64,000 bases of DNA from positions 1 through 64,000 of IMG/VR virus record IMGVR_UViG_3300042731_011319; one strand, 5' to 3'. This DNA comes from a virus. The position numbers and the translations under genes were made by a program. Below the pieces are notes generated by a model that was not told the DNA's origin, did not search any database, and saw only the letters and a program-made list of their open reading frames with translations. Below are positions 8,960 to 19,161 of the stretch, piece by piece; position 1 is the first letter of the stretch; each line of letters opens with the position of its first letter.

Positions 8960-9742
8960 TTAATATTTAACAGTTTGAGAGGAAACAATAAAAAATGGAT
9001 TCAGTAAGTTTTCTTTATTATATAATAAAGGTTCTTTAGTGTCAGCAACAAGAACTTTAGCACCACTTTCTTCGGAAATTATTTGTGGAGCGCAAGTGTC
9101 CCATTCCATGGTTGGGCCAAATCTAGGGTAAATATCAGCTTGACCTTCTGCCACCAAGCAAAATTTTAGGGAGCTTCCGATATTAATAGTTGCTACTTCG
9201 TAATTATCTTTTAATTTATTAATAAACTCTTCGGTTTCTTTATTTAAATGAGACTTGCTCGCAACTACATTGATCTTATTTTCTTGGAAATTGTGGGAAT
9301 AATTTGCATATATGCGCTCATCATTTTTAAATGAACCAACTCCTTGGATTCCGTAATACTGATCTTGTTTTTTGGGGCAAGCAACATAACCAAATACAGG
9401 CTCATCTCCTTTACATAGGGCGATATTAATGCAAAAATCATCCCCGCCCGCAACAAATTCTTTGGTTCCGTCAATTGGGTCGATTAACCAATAATAATCC
9501 CAATCTTTGCGGTCTTCATAATTGATATGCTGATCCTCTTCAGAGATAATATTTGACACTTTTGTGTTAGCAAATAGAAATTCCCTTATCCTTTTGTTGG
9601 AATGAAGATCGGCCTCGGTAAGAGGGCTTTTATCATCCTTCTGCAAAGTCTCAAAACCATTTGCTTGTATCTCTACAACTTCTTTGGAAAGTTCGGCACC
9701 AAAAGATAGCAGTGAATCGATAAATGTTTTATTTATTTGCAT
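8960..9742 (-). CDS. cysQ: 3'(2'),5'-bisphosphate nucleotidase CysQ (PAP phosphatase)
   Basis: KDDKSPLTEAD, IISEE, WLIDPIDGTKEF, VASKSH, GSSLKFCLVAEGQADIYPRFGPTMEWDT. Confidence 0.93.
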   Translation of the reverse strand: MQINKTFIDSLLSFGAELSKEVVEIQANGFETLQKDDKSPLTEADLHSNKRIREFLFANTKVSNIISEEDQHINYEDRKDWDYYWLIDPIDGTKEFVAGGDDFCINIALCKGDEPVFGYVACPKKQDQYYGIQGVGSFKNDERIYANYSHNFQENKINVVASKSHLNKETEEFINKLKDNYEVATINIGSSLKFCLVAEGQADIYPRFGPTMEWDTCAPQIISEESGAKVLVADTKEPLLYNKENLLNPFFIVSSQTVKY

Positions 9743-9744
9743 AT

Positions 9745-9999
9745 TTATAGTAATTTCATTTGATCAGGATGATCGACATTTTCTGATTCTAGCATATTTT
9801 CAGCAGTTTTGTCAATAGTTTTTTTGCTTCTTAACCAATTTCTTTGAGCCATGCGCACGACAAAGCGCATAAAAGCAAAAGCATAGACTTTATTTAAAGA
9901 TATAGATTGGCTCGAGCCCGTGTTGTCAAATAATGTAAAGACTTTAGAGTCTTCATCGTACTCAAAGGTCGCATTTTTAAGTTCTTTTTTAATTATCAT
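9745..9999 (-). CDS. Hypothetical protein (start revised to ATG 9999)
   Basis: The track's TTG start is the -35 box; ATG 9999 lies 7 nt below the -10 box. Confidence 0.6.
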   Translation of the reverse strand: MIIKKELKNATFEYDEDSKVFTLFDNTGSSQSISLNKVYAFAFMRFVVRMAQRNWLRSKKTIDKTAENMLESENVDHPDQMKLL

Positions 10000-10006
10000 C
10001 CATATA

Positions 10007-10035
10007 AGTATAGATGAAAGTTCAACAAAAGTCAA
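10007..10035 (-). promoter_or_regulatory. sigma70-type promoter (leaderless)
   Basis: TTGACT-N17-TATACT. Confidence 0.75.
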
Positions 10036-10053
10036 GCTACAAATTTAAGCAAT

Positions 10054-10079
10054 AAAACCCCCCTCATTTGAGGGGGTTT
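10054..10079 (-). terminator. Intrinsic terminator after the BspA-like gene
   Basis: AAACCCCCTCA-AA-TGAGGGGGGTTTT hairpin followed by T-rich sequence. Confidence 0.75.
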
Positions 10080-10104
10080 GAGTTGAGTAAAGTTTCTTTA
10101 ATTT

Positions 10105-12789
10105 TTAAAAAATTGCCGCAACTGCTTGGACAGAATCATTAAACATGACCACTTCAGGGATCTCGGCGGTATAGTCAAGTCCAACTGATTGAAAAATGAT
10201 ATTTATATCATCGCTTCCAAGCCAGTTTGAGAAGCTTTGGCTTACATTGCTATTAACTGTCCATCCAGCATAATAATAAGCATCAACGGGTGTCGTTGAA
10301 TCTACAGATAACGATGTCCATGAATTAGATTCTGATAGTGAATCTGTAAAAAAGTATGAAGCCATTTCACTGCCATCAGAGCTGTTTATCAGGCCGCAAG
10401 GCATCCAGCCATAAACATCTGAATCGAAATAAGTATTCATAGATAATGCAACATCTATTGCCAAACTATCTGAAGAATACCCTCTTTTAACGATGAATGC
10501 ATACATGTATGCTGCAGCCACACAACTATGAGGTGCTTGAGCGGAATCAGCCGTCAAATTGTACAAATCTAGCCTGCCGGCACTTCCATTTTCAGTAATA
10601 GTAACTTCTGGCTCAAACGAAATCCAGCCATCAAACACACTATTAACACAGGGATCACTTGACCCCAATGAGCTCTCATCGGAATCTTCTTCGATTACCG
10701 TTAGATTATCTAACTCCCAAGTCGCACGACGAGTTTTAAATACATCATTCTTTAGGTCATCTGGAAAAGGATCATCGTCCGCTCCAAATAGTATAGGGAA
10801 GCCTATGCAGTTTTTGATAGTATTACCGAAAGTTTTCAGCACATCCTTGATCGTATCGGAAGTAGATACCGAATTAACAGCATTAGAAAGTGCAGTTGTA
10901 CCAGAGAGAAAATTGGTGACATTTTCACATTTTGTGCCTTTTAATTTCCAACCAGGAAATAACTGACTATTAAATACAGTATTATCCTTAAACATATTTT
11001 TTACAGATATTGCATTACTTACATCCCATCCTTTAACTGGCTGATTAAATACAGACGACTCAAACATGCCACTAAAATCAACTTCTTTTTCATTTTCAGC
11101 GAGGTTTTGGCCAAATTGTCCAGCCCATGCGGGTAGTTGTGAATCAAAAGCCGTGTTGCTTTTGAACATGTTCTTGAAAGATTTTACTTTGCCAATATTC
11201 CAGCTATTGGTAGATTCGCCAAAAGAACTACCCTCAAACATACTTTCGAAACTTTCGACATTAGAAGTATTCCAGTATTCAGTTCCTGGCTCAGCCCAAA
11301 CAGTCTGATTAAATGAAGAGGCATTACAAAACATTCCTTTCATAGTGGTTGCAGAGCCAGTTTTCCATTTACGAATTGGTTTATTGAAAGAGCTCGCACC
11401 GCGAAACATGTTCTTGAACGAATTCACATTAGAAACATCCCACTGAGCTGAAAAACCATTGTATTCTTTTGCGTTATGAAACATTCCCTCCATTTTTTGA
11501 GCCTTAGAAACATCAATTCCTCCAAGATATTGCTTGAAATCAGCATTATTTTTAAACATGTTCTTGAAATTAGTAACATTAGAAGTATTCCAGAATTCAT
11601 TGATACCTGCTCTATTGTAAACAGTACCCTCAAGGAAGCTTTCGACACTTACAGTTTGGCTAACATCCCAATGCTTAATATTAACTGCTTTATAAGCGGA
11701 GTACTCGAAGCATCCAGTCAAATCGGTTAAATTACCCCCACTGACATTATTAAGCTTAAAATGATAAACATAAGAAGAACAGCCAGACATAAATCCAAGC
11801 ATGCTTGTAATTCCATCCAAGTTCAGATTTGAAAGCACACTGCTGTACTTAAAATTAGTACATCCTGCAAACATATGGTCAATTGCTCCAGAGAAAGACT
11901 GAGTATGGCCAGCCATGTTTTCAACTCGCTGCATGCCATAATTTGCAAAATCTCCAACTCCATGCAATTTAAAATTAGTGCCCAAATTGATTCTGAAAGC
12001 TTTACGTTTATTCATTGGGTTGATACTGTTACTATTAAAAGTAAAAATATCATATGCAGATTCATCGACACTGTAGCGCTGAGTTAACATGCCGCTCCAT
12101 TCACTTAAAGCAGGTGCAATACTTGTATCAACAGAATCGACAATTTCAAACTCAGAACTGTATGTAATCCCATCGATGTCATAAAAATATTGCAAAAAGC
12201 CTGATTGTGTTTTTGTGTCTAGCTCGCCGTTAGAATAAGTTGCATCTAAATGAGAATTAGATTCAAGTCGAAAATTAACATCATTAGATGGGATACTGTA
12301 TTTTTCACCCTTAACAAGTTTGATCCCATCAGAACTACTAACCCCAATATAATCCCCACTAAACTTAAACACTAAATCAGTTTGATTTATTGACATGCTC
12401 AGATCGCCTTTTTGATTGTTTAAAAACACATTAGAGCCATATCGTGCGACAGACTGCTTGGGTAATGCCAAATAAGATTCCGTATCGGAGGCGAAGTTTT
12501 TCCAGCCGCCCGTTATTGAAACTAATTTTAAACCTGCATTACTGTGATATCTAATTGTCTGTGAAGTATTGTCCGTGTGGATAAGGTTGACTTTTTTGTC
12601 GGAAATAACAATACCATTATTACTGTTATTTGAATATGTAATATTCTGTTGTCCGCCCTCGCCCCAATTAACAGTAGCGCTAAATATGGGGTTACTGCTA
12701 GTAATCCCGGGAGTGTCTGATGCCCCAGCAATTACGAACGATACAATATCTTGGGGTGTATAATAACCTTTGAATTCTAATTGAGCCAT
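10105..12789 (-). CDS. BspA/DUF285-type surface repeat protein
   Basis: Many ~25-aa WDVSNV..F..MF....FNQ repeats; GTGTA element at 12822-12826. Confidence 0.85.
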   Translation of the reverse strand: MAQLEFKGYYTPQDIVSFVIAGASDTPGITSSNPIFSATVNWGEGGQQNITYSNNSNNGIVISDKKVNLIHTDNTSQTIRYHSNAGLKLVSITGGWKNFASDTESYLALPKQSVARYGSNVFLNNQKGDLSMSINQTDLVFKFSGDYIGVSSSDGIKLVKGEKYSIPSNDVNFRLESNSHLDATYSNGELDTKTQSGFLQYFYDIDGITYSSEFEIVDSVDTSIAPALSEWSGMLTQRYSVDESAYDIFTFNSNSINPMNKRKAFRINLGTNFKLHGVGDFANYGMQRVENMAGHTQSFSGAIDHMFAGCTNFKYSSVLSNLNLDGITSMLGFMSGCSSYVYHFKLNNVSGGNLTDLTGCFEYSAYKAVNIKHWDVSQTVSVESFLEGTVYNRAGINEFWNTSNVTNFKNMFKNNADFKQYLGGIDVSKAQKMEGMFHNAKEYNGFSAQWDVSNVNSFKNMFRGASSFNKPIRKWKTGSATTMKGMFCNASSFNQTVWAEPGTEYWNTSNVESFESMFEGSSFGESTNSWNIGKVKSFKNMFKSNTAFDSQLPAWAGQFGQNLAENEKEVDFSGMFESSVFNQPVKGWDVSNAISVKNMFKDNTVFNSQLFPGWKLKGTKCENVTNFLSGTTALSNAVNSVSTSDTIKDVLKTFGNTIKNCIGFPILFGADDDPFPDDLKNDVFKTRRATWELDNLTVIEEDSDESSLGSSDPCVNSVFDGWISFEPEVTITENGSAGRLDLYNLTADSAQAPHSCVAAAYMYAFIVKRGYSSDSLAIDVALSMNTYFDSDVYGWMPCGLINSSDGSEMASYFFTDSLSESNSWTSLSVDSTTPVDAYYYAGWTVNSNVSQSFSNWLGSDDINIIFQSVGLDYTAEIPEVVMFNDSVQAVAAIF

Positions 12790-12907
12790 AATGTTTGTTG
12801 TTTATTGTTTATAAATGCATATACACATTTTTTTTGAAAAAACATATATTTGAGAGAATAGAAATCATGAAAGCTGCAAGGGCATGTAGCAAATATTTTT
12901 ATAAAAA

Positions 12908-13537
12908 TTAAGCGGGTTTTTCGAATTTATAACCAAACCTAATGATGTCCGAGTGATATTTTTTTGCCACCATTCCGATAGTTTCTTCATCATAATATTC
13001 GCTATAATGCTTATGCTTGGTAGTATTTTGGGTAGGTAAGGCTTGATATGGAATGCCTATCTCTTGGCATGCATGCTTGTAGTCATCCGGAAGATTTTCG
13101 ACTTTACCTATAAAATTAAAATCTTCGGTTATCCATTTTAGTTGAGATGGTTCATGCATCCCCTGAAACGCGCTTTTAGTTAAAAAATCTTTAAATGATT
13201 GAGTACCTTCCTTCACTTTTAGGCAATCTTTGTAATAACCGGGAGCGCATAATTGAATTTCTTTATCGTCAGCACATTTAAGTGTATAAAAATATTGAGA
13301 AACAATTCTCGAAAAAGGATTACGGACAAAGGCAAACCTATAGTATTCATTCCAGGCCAAACCTTCCTGATTAAAATATTCCTCCATTTTATTGCCAGTG
13401 ACATGATGATAAAAATAAGATTTTCGGCCACCAACAGCTTTTACATCAGACCACCTGCATAAACGGTGACGCATGGCGGTAGTGGCATTTTTTGGTATCG
13501 ATATAAAAAGAAATTTTTTTCTGTGAGATAATACCAT
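12908..13537 (-). CDS. Sulfotransferase family 2
   Basis: FISIPKNATT, FAFVRNPFSRIVSQY, IGKVENL, HYSEYY...DIIRFGYKF. Confidence 0.9.
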   Translation of the reverse strand: MVLSHRKKFLFISIPKNATTAMRHRLCRWSDVKAVGGRKSYFYHHVTGNKMEEYFNQEGLAWNEYYRFAFVRNPFSRIVSQYFYTLKCADDKEIQLCAPGYYKDCLKVKEGTQSFKDFLTKSAFQGMHEPSQLKWITEDFNFIGKVENLPDDYKHACQEIGIPYQALPTQNTTKHKHYSEYYDEETIGMVAKKYHSDIIRFGYKFEKPA

Positions 13538-13560
13538 TTTTATAAAGGGTTTTTTTGAAA

Positions 13561-14211
13561 TTAAGTGGGTTTTGCGAATTTATAACCAAACCTAATTATA
13601 TCTGCGCGATATTTTCGAGCAACTATTTCCATTGTTTCTTCGTCATAGTATTCGCTATAATGTCTATGGGGAGTTTGATTTTTTATTGGAAGAGGTTTTC
13701 TGGTAATTCCCAGTTTTTTACAAACTATATCGAAATCAGTTTGCAAGGTTTCGAATCTGCCGATAAAGTCGCAGTCAACTATTTGAGATGCTTGATCTGA
13801 AAACCAAATGCCATCTTCAGCGGTATGATTAACTAAATTGATAGATACAAATTCTTTAAAATTACTTGGGACCACAAAGTTCTCTGAGCATTTTACGCCA
13901 TCGTGTTGCTGCATATATTTATATATAGACACTGCTCGATCAAAAGGATTACGCACAAATGCAAACTTAAAATAAGAATCTATTAATTGTCTGTCATCCT
14001 CGCATGTGTGATTCTTTAATACTTTATAGCTTACATGATTAGGGTCATCATCGTAGTTTTCATACAAAAATTGAGGCTTTAAAGCGTCAAAAACTTTATT
14101 GAACTGATGTTCTGTGCATTCATCGGAGCATTCCAATAATGAATATAGTATAGATGTAGAGGCAGTTTTAGGGACTCGAACGAAAACAGATTGTGTATTC
14201 CAAAAAATCAT
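13561..14211 (-). CDS. Sulfotransferase family 2
   Basis: FVRVPKTASTS, FAFVRNPFDRAVSIY, IGRFETL, HYSEYY...DIIRFGYKF. Confidence 0.9.
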   Translation of the reverse strand: MIFWNTQSVFVRVPKTASTSILYSLLECSDECTEHQFNKVFDALKPQFLYENYDDDPNHVSYKVLKNHTCEDDRQLIDSYFKFAFVRNPFDRAVSIYKYMQQHDGVKCSENFVVPSNFKEFVSINLVNHTAEDGIWFSDQASQIVDCDFIGRFETLQTDFDIVCKKLGITRKPLPIKNQTPHRHYSEYYDEETMEIVARKYRADIIRFGYKFAKPT

Positions 14212-14214
14212 AAT

Positions 14215-15267
14215 TTATATTAAAAAGTTAGATATAGTTTGATGCAGTTTCTTGACCCTTAATTTTATTTCAAAATCTAACTTGTCGGGCCAATTAGCAA
14301 AAAGTTTAGAAGCAATAGAATAATTATAATTTAAGATATTTAACACATCTAAGGAATTTACAGAATCCAAGCAAAATTGATTGACTTCGGACTGATTGAT
14401 CGGCTCAGCTTCGGCGATATTAATTCCAATAAAATCATGATGATTATTTGAATCGTAAAAAATAGGTATAGAGAGAGAAAGTACTGAGTCGAATATTTTT
14501 TCTGTAAGATAATTATTCTCGATTGTGTTTTCAAGTGCAAAAAGAAATTTAGCATTTTTAAAGCACCAATCTAGTTTATTTCTGTGAAAAGAATTTCCAG
14601 TATAAATAGTTTCTTCTGTCAAAGAGCCAAGTTCTTTATTTCCTCTGCCAAAAAAATCACAATTCAACTCTGGTATAGTGACAAGATAGTCTGCTAATTC
14701 ATCTTTTAATCCATTTAAGCACAAGCCTGTAGGATTCTTAGAGAAATCGAATTGATTTTGCTCAGGTGGAGTTTTGCGATAATATAATCCTGTAATATCA
14801 TATGTTTTGCTTTTGTAAATTTTATTAAAATCAATACGATTTAAAAGATTTAAGTAAAACTGATAATTTTTTAAGTAAACTTGGTCGGTAGTCAAGAAAT
14901 AAGGTATATATTTATATTCAAAAATGTCAGTAAATTTATGATTAATAACGTGGTAATGAAAATATAAGCTATCATCATCCTTATCCCTAGCAATATAATC
15001 ACCTTTATCAGATCGAGTAAAAGTAGACCAGCTATTGTCCCAAACAGGCTCTTCGCTAACCAATATAACTGGCTTATTTTGCTTTACCGATAAAAATCCA
15101 GAAAAATCTTTACGAATATCATTAATATAAGAAAATAAAATAAAATCCGCATCATTAGGACAATCGACTTCACAAAAGAACTTACTTAATTCCGCTTGGT
15201 ATGAAGCATAAGAAAATAGGCAAATTTTTGTACTATAGCCGTATTTATAATATTTAATTAAACTCAT
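14215..15267 (-). CDS. GT10 (alpha-1,3-fucosyltransferase-like) glycosyltransferase
   Basis: KFLFALENT...YLTEKIFDS....IPIFY GT10 signature; SEEP motif. Confidence 0.75.
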   Translation of the reverse strand: MSLIKYYKYGYSTKICLFSYASYQAELSKFFCEVDCPNDADFILFSYINDIRKDFSGFLSVKQNKPVILVSEEPVWDNSWSTFTRSDKGDYIARDKDDDSLYFHYHVINHKFTDIFEYKYIPYFLTTDQVYLKNYQFYLNLLNRIDFNKIYKSKTYDITGLYYRKTPPEQNQFDFSKNPTGLCLNGLKDELADYLVTIPELNCDFFGRGNKELGSLTEETIYTGNSFHRNKLDWCFKNAKFLFALENTIENNYLTEKIFDSVLSLSIPIFYDSNNHHDFIGINIAEAEPINQSEVNQFCLDSVNSLDVLNILNYNYSIASKLFANWPDKLDFEIKLRVKKLHQTISNFLI

Positions 15268-16099
15268 GAATAGTATAAGTCTTTGCAGAATCCTGAACGA
15301 TATGCCAAGACCTTCTTTGGGAGTCAGGTCGCCAAGGGTTTAATTGAGACCATATTCTATTTCTCTGTATCTCGTAAAACAAACGAATATCAGGGCAATT
15401 TTCTGGTGGGCTCATTTTATTTAAATGCTCAACAATTTTCATGGCGTTAAATTTATCTTTGCCAGAAAGAGAAGAAAAGTCAGGATTTAACAAGTCATCC
15501 AAATCCAATAATGTTTGATTGATATAACGAGCTTCTTGGGTAGACTCTATGTGATTAAATAAATCATAATTAAAGTCTAGACCTTCGAGTTTAAGAGCTG
15601 ACAAGCGGTTGTATAAATCAGAGTCATCCCAGCCATAAGTTGTGATTCCTTCATGATAACCATTGACCCGCCAAAAATCTTCAGTCTTGCAGTAAAGTTG
15701 TCCATTTAGATGAAGTTCGTTTTCATTTCTGGCAATTTTCCAATTACCACGAAAAAAAGAAAATTCAGGTAAAATGTGAAAACTCAAAAAAGTTGGGTCA
15801 AGTACAATATCTGAGTCTAACTTTAAAATATGGTCATATTTAGCGAAAGAAATTGCCAGATTAAATGCATGACTTAAAATCCATTTTGGCTGATTATTGA
15901 CTCTCAACAATTTAATATCTTTTGATGCACAATTCCGGTGTAAATCAGAATATTTAATTGGCTCATCGGAAGACCAATCAAGCACAATGATTTCACTGAC
16001 TTCATCTAATTCATCCCACGACTTTATCGAAAGCAGAAGATTATCAGTGCGATTCATTGCACAGGTTACGAGAGAACACCCTTTCTTGAAGCTTTTCAT
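15254..16099 (-). CDS. GT2/GT7C-like glycosyltransferase
   Basis: CAMNR, LDWSS, KLDSD (DxD), VNGYHE...YGWDDSDL. Confidence 0.8.
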   Translation of the reverse strand: MKSFKKGCSLVTCAMNRTDNLLLSIKSWDELDEVSEIIVLDWSSDEPIKYSDLHRNCASKDIKLLRVNNQPKWILSHAFNLAISFAKYDHILKLDSDIVLDPTFLSFHILPEFSFFRGNWKIARNENELHLNGQLYCKTEDFWRVNGYHEGITTYGWDDSDLYNRLSALKLEGLDFNYDLFNHIESTQEARYINQTLLDLDDLLNPDFSSLSGKDKFNAMKIVEHLNKMSPPENCPDIRLFYEIQRNRIWSQLNPWRPDSQRRSWHIVQDSAKTYTIHEFN

Positions 16100-16113
16100 A
16101 AACTTATTTTACA

Positions 16114-16809
16114 CTAAAATGAAGTACCACTCTCTAAAAACTTATAGGTTTCATACATGCAACTTGGCGACAAATAATGAGATGAAATTTTACCATTCAA
16201 GAGTTGTTTTTTTGCAAAATCATCAGATTCATGAGCCCAATTCAAATCTGCATTACGATCTGCAAACGGAATCCATAAACCTTCGTTTAACTGAATGTTG
16301 TCTATAATTTCAATTCCTGCATCCCTCATAGATGCAGCAACTCCAATATCCTCACCTCCTTCTTGATGTAAATAAAAATCAAGATGATTCCAAGCTTTTT
16401 GAATTGCAGATCGCGATAAAATATAACCTGACCCCCCTTGAGCATATGGTAGTCCTTTGAAATTTTTTTTCTTTCCTATATACAAATCATCTTGGGGGTT
16501 AAAATTTTTTAGGTACTCTTTGAGAAGTTCGAAATTAACAAAAGTGTCATCATCGCATTTAAATAAAAAGTCCCAATCGTGAGACAAGGACTGTTTTAAC
16601 ATTTTATAAGTTTTTTCAGGAAGCCTACTGCGACTCTCACCCAAGTCGGGAGAGCAGTTCAGGGTATTTTTCATTGATTTAGACTGAACTAAGTCACCAT
16701 AAAAAAAATATTCATGAGGGCTTTCAATACCTTTCAGCCAAGTATTTAAGCAGGCATCGGCCTGCTCTTGTGTTTCGCTGCAGGTTAATACACAAACTAA
16801 TATTTTCAA
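16114..16809 (-). CDS. GT31/Fringe-like glycosyltransferase
   Basis: FLFKCDDDTFVN, YAQGGSGYILS, EDIGV. Confidence 0.8.
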   Translation of the reverse strand: MKILVCVLTCSETQEQADACLNTWLKGIESPHEYFFYGDLVQSKSMKNTLNCSPDLGESRSRLPEKTYKMLKQSLSHDWDFLFKCDDDTFVNFELLKEYLKNFNPQDDLYIGKKKNFKGLPYAQGGSGYILSRSAIQKAWNHLDFYLHQEGGEDIGVAASMRDAGIEIIDNIQLNEGLWIPFADRNADLNWAHESDDFAKKQLLNGKISSHYLSPSCMYETYKFLESGTSF

Positions 16810-16842
16810 TTATTTTTAATTAGGCTAGAAGTATGTAAGTAA

Positions 16843-17175
16843 TTAATCCCAATTGCCTTGGGCAACATTTCGTCCGTCTAAATTACTCCAATCTACTGCA
16901 AATGGATCTTCGTCTTCGTCTTGCTCGATATGTTCGCCTTTAAATTGCTGCTGTTGATCGTCGTACAATTTCGCATGCATGCGCTGACCCATCCATAAAG
17001 ATTCTAACAATAGCGCTCGCACCGCTTCAAGATTATAACTTTCTTCTCGACTGCAACGATATGCTTGTTTTAATACATTGCATAATGTTCGTTTTTCATC
17101 AAGTGGCTTATCCATTTCTTCGCGCATTTGCTCAGAAATTTCTTTGGTAAATGGTTTTGGTTTATATTCGCTCAT
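16843..17175 (-). CDS. Conserved phage hypothetical protein (start revised to ATG 17175)
   Basis: GTGTA-N9-ATG; RTLCNVLKQAY...MGQRMHAKL. Confidence 0.65.
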   Translation of the reverse strand: MSEYKPKPFTKEISEQMREEMDKPLDEKRTLCNVLKQAYRCSREESYNLEAVRALLLESLWMGQRMHAKLYDDQQQQFKGEHIEQDEDEDPFAVDWSNLDGRNVAQGNWD

Positions 17176-17189
17176 GTTTATATATACAC

Positions 17190-17744
17190 TTAACCAAAAG
17201 GATATCCTTCTTTTAAATATTGATTGTATTGCTCTTCGGAGTAATAATCCCAGCCTGTTTTTGCGCAAATTTCTCGCACTAATTCAAGGAAATAAAACAC
17301 ATGTGGATGATTCTTTTGTTGCATTGTAATTTTAGAACCATGTTTTTCTATGATTGTATGAGCGGGGATATCTATATTGAATTCATTAGCTCTTTCGATC
17401 ATACCTTCTAAATATTCAGGGTGATCAGTGTCATAAAACATAGAGCTAATTGAAATTAATTCTACATTTTTATGATGTTTTTTAATTTCATATACATTAT
17501 AATTACACTTTTGAACTGAAATATGTTGAAAAATGATATAATCTGAGTCTTTTAGTCTTTTCAATGATTCATTTTCATCGAAAATTATTGGAATATCTTT
17601 ACCTTTGAAATTTTTATTTAAAGCCCAAGGATAGTCATTAAAAAAGTCGACACATATCCATTTTACATCAAAGTTTTCGTTTAACTGCTCAACATACCAT
17701 GTTAGGGCTTTTGTTTGGCAATTCCCGAATAAGGTGATTTTCAT
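17190..17744 (-). CDS. WcbI-like polysaccharide modification protein
   Basis: N-terminal GNCQ motif, DYIIFQH, NHP. Confidence 0.6.
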   Translation of the reverse strand: MKITLFGNCQTKALTWYVEQLNENFDVKWICVDFFNDYPWALNKNFKGKDIPIIFDENESLKRLKDSDYIIFQHISVQKCNYNVYEIKKHHKNVELISISSMFYDTDHPEYLEGMIERANEFNIDIPAHTIIEKHGSKITMQQKNHPHVFYFLELVREICAKTGWDYYSEEQYNQYLKEGYPFG

Positions 17745-17758
17745 ACAGATTTAATTGC

Positions 17759-18514
17759 TTAAAAGTTTTGGGTTAATATTTTTTTTGCGGCAGCGACTCT
17801 GATTGAATCTAAACAATCTAAATGTTTATACTCAGGGAGAAATTTTAATTTAAATCTAGCAGCTGAATGAGGTATATGCCAAGCTCGAGTGGCCAGATCA
17901 GTTCCGGAATAAACTTGTATGTGTTGATTAGTAATGTCGATGTTATATTTTGAATATAAAGATTTATAATCTTTGTTGTGGTCTTGAGTAAAGTTGAAAT
18001 AAAAAAACTCTTGATCGTGATAATGGTCTGCATTGGCAATTAAATAATTCAACCTTTCTTTTGTGATGTCTACAAATGCTTGGCATAAATTTTTAAAATA
18101 TTCTGCGGTTCCTGATGCTATAGATGGGCATGTCCCATCTAAGAAGGTTAAACTAGAATCATTTAAATTCCAATCCTTTTTGCTCGATCCATTATTGAAT
18201 ACATCGTAGTCTGATACAAGAACGAATTCATTTAGGTTATTGACAGTAGAGTATGCCATCCATCTCAGATAGCAATGCAGACCATATGCACTCAAAGCTT
18301 TTCCTGTAATCTGGTGACACAAGTCTGACATCTGTTCGGATAGAGTTTTAAAAAAAGGAGAATTTTGCGCATCTTTTAAGCTTACAATGCAAGGGTCAAA
18401 TCCAGCCCTACTCCAACTTTCGCTCCAGAGATTTAAAAGCTCTTCTTGCTTGTTGAAGGTGTGAGTGTTTCCAGGTTTATTGTTTAGCCCTTCATAGTAT
18501 GTGAGTATTTTCAT
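17759..18514 (-). CDS. Putative glycosyltransferase (GT-A fold)
   Basis: CYLRWMAY, SDYDV (DxD), HDQE; located in the glycan cluster. Confidence 0.55.
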   Translation of the reverse strand: MKILTYYEGLNNKPGNTHTFNKQEELLNLWSESWSRAGFDPCIVSLKDAQNSPFFKTLSEQMSDLCHQITGKALSAYGLHCYLRWMAYSTVNNLNEFVLVSDYDVFNNGSSKKDWNLNDSSLTFLDGTCPSIASGTAEYFKNLCQAFVDITKERLNYLIANADHYHDQEFFYFNFTQDHNKDYKSLYSKYNIDITNQHIQVYSGTDLATRAWHIPHSAARFKLKFLPEYKHLDCLDSIRVAAAKKILTQNF

Positions 18515-19161
18515 ATAGTATATCCTTTTAATTCTATTACGCCTTTTTCTTTGAGTGATACAAGATCTATTAGCTCTTGATTATATATATCATGCATGTT
18601 TTGCGAATTAGAACTTTTGTTCCCGTGATGTAAAATTGGAGGACTTATTTCTACTTGCTCGCACAAAAAGGCAAATTCATTTGATAAATTTTCGAAACTA
18701 GCAATATGGTCTACGATAATTTGACCGTTTTGATCACAATAATATTCATCTTGGGCAGGATTGTTGATTATAATGTTTTTGAGTATAGTTTGTTCGTCAG
18801 AATTGGAAAATAATGAAACACAATATTGTCCTTGATTAATTTCTGCCGCGCCCCAAGCTATCGATTCATCTCTACGCAAAAACTTGTCGGCGTAATTTTT
18901 AAAATATTTAAAAAAGCTAAAGTATCTAGCCCATGGATTGCGAACAATAGTGAATTTAAAATAGTCGTTCCAATCGAAGTTGTGCTTGGCGAATTGTTTT
19001 TTCGCTCGAATGGCTGTATCGTGCTGATAAAAGTCTGCTTCAACAAATGGTTTGCCAACTATATCAATGTATCCTAGCGGATACAAGCTTTCGCGAAAAG
19101 AGCGTGTGCCAGTTTTTGGGATATCAATTGTTATAAATTTATGAGAATGAGAAATTAACAT
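18511..19161 (-). CDS. Sulfotransferase family 2
   Basis: IDIPKTGTRS, FTIVRNPWARYFSFF, IASFENL. Confidence 0.88.
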   Translation of the reverse strand: MLISHSHKFITIDIPKTGTRSFRESLYPLGYIDIVGKPFVEADFYQHDTAIRAKKQFAKHNFDWNDYFKFTIVRNPWARYFSFFKYFKNYADKFLRRDESIAWGAAEINQGQYCVSLFSNSDEQTILKNIIINNPAQDEYYCDQNGQIIVDHIASFENLSNEFAFLCEQVEISPPILHHGNKSSNSQNMHDIYNQELIDLVSLKEKGVIELKGYTI

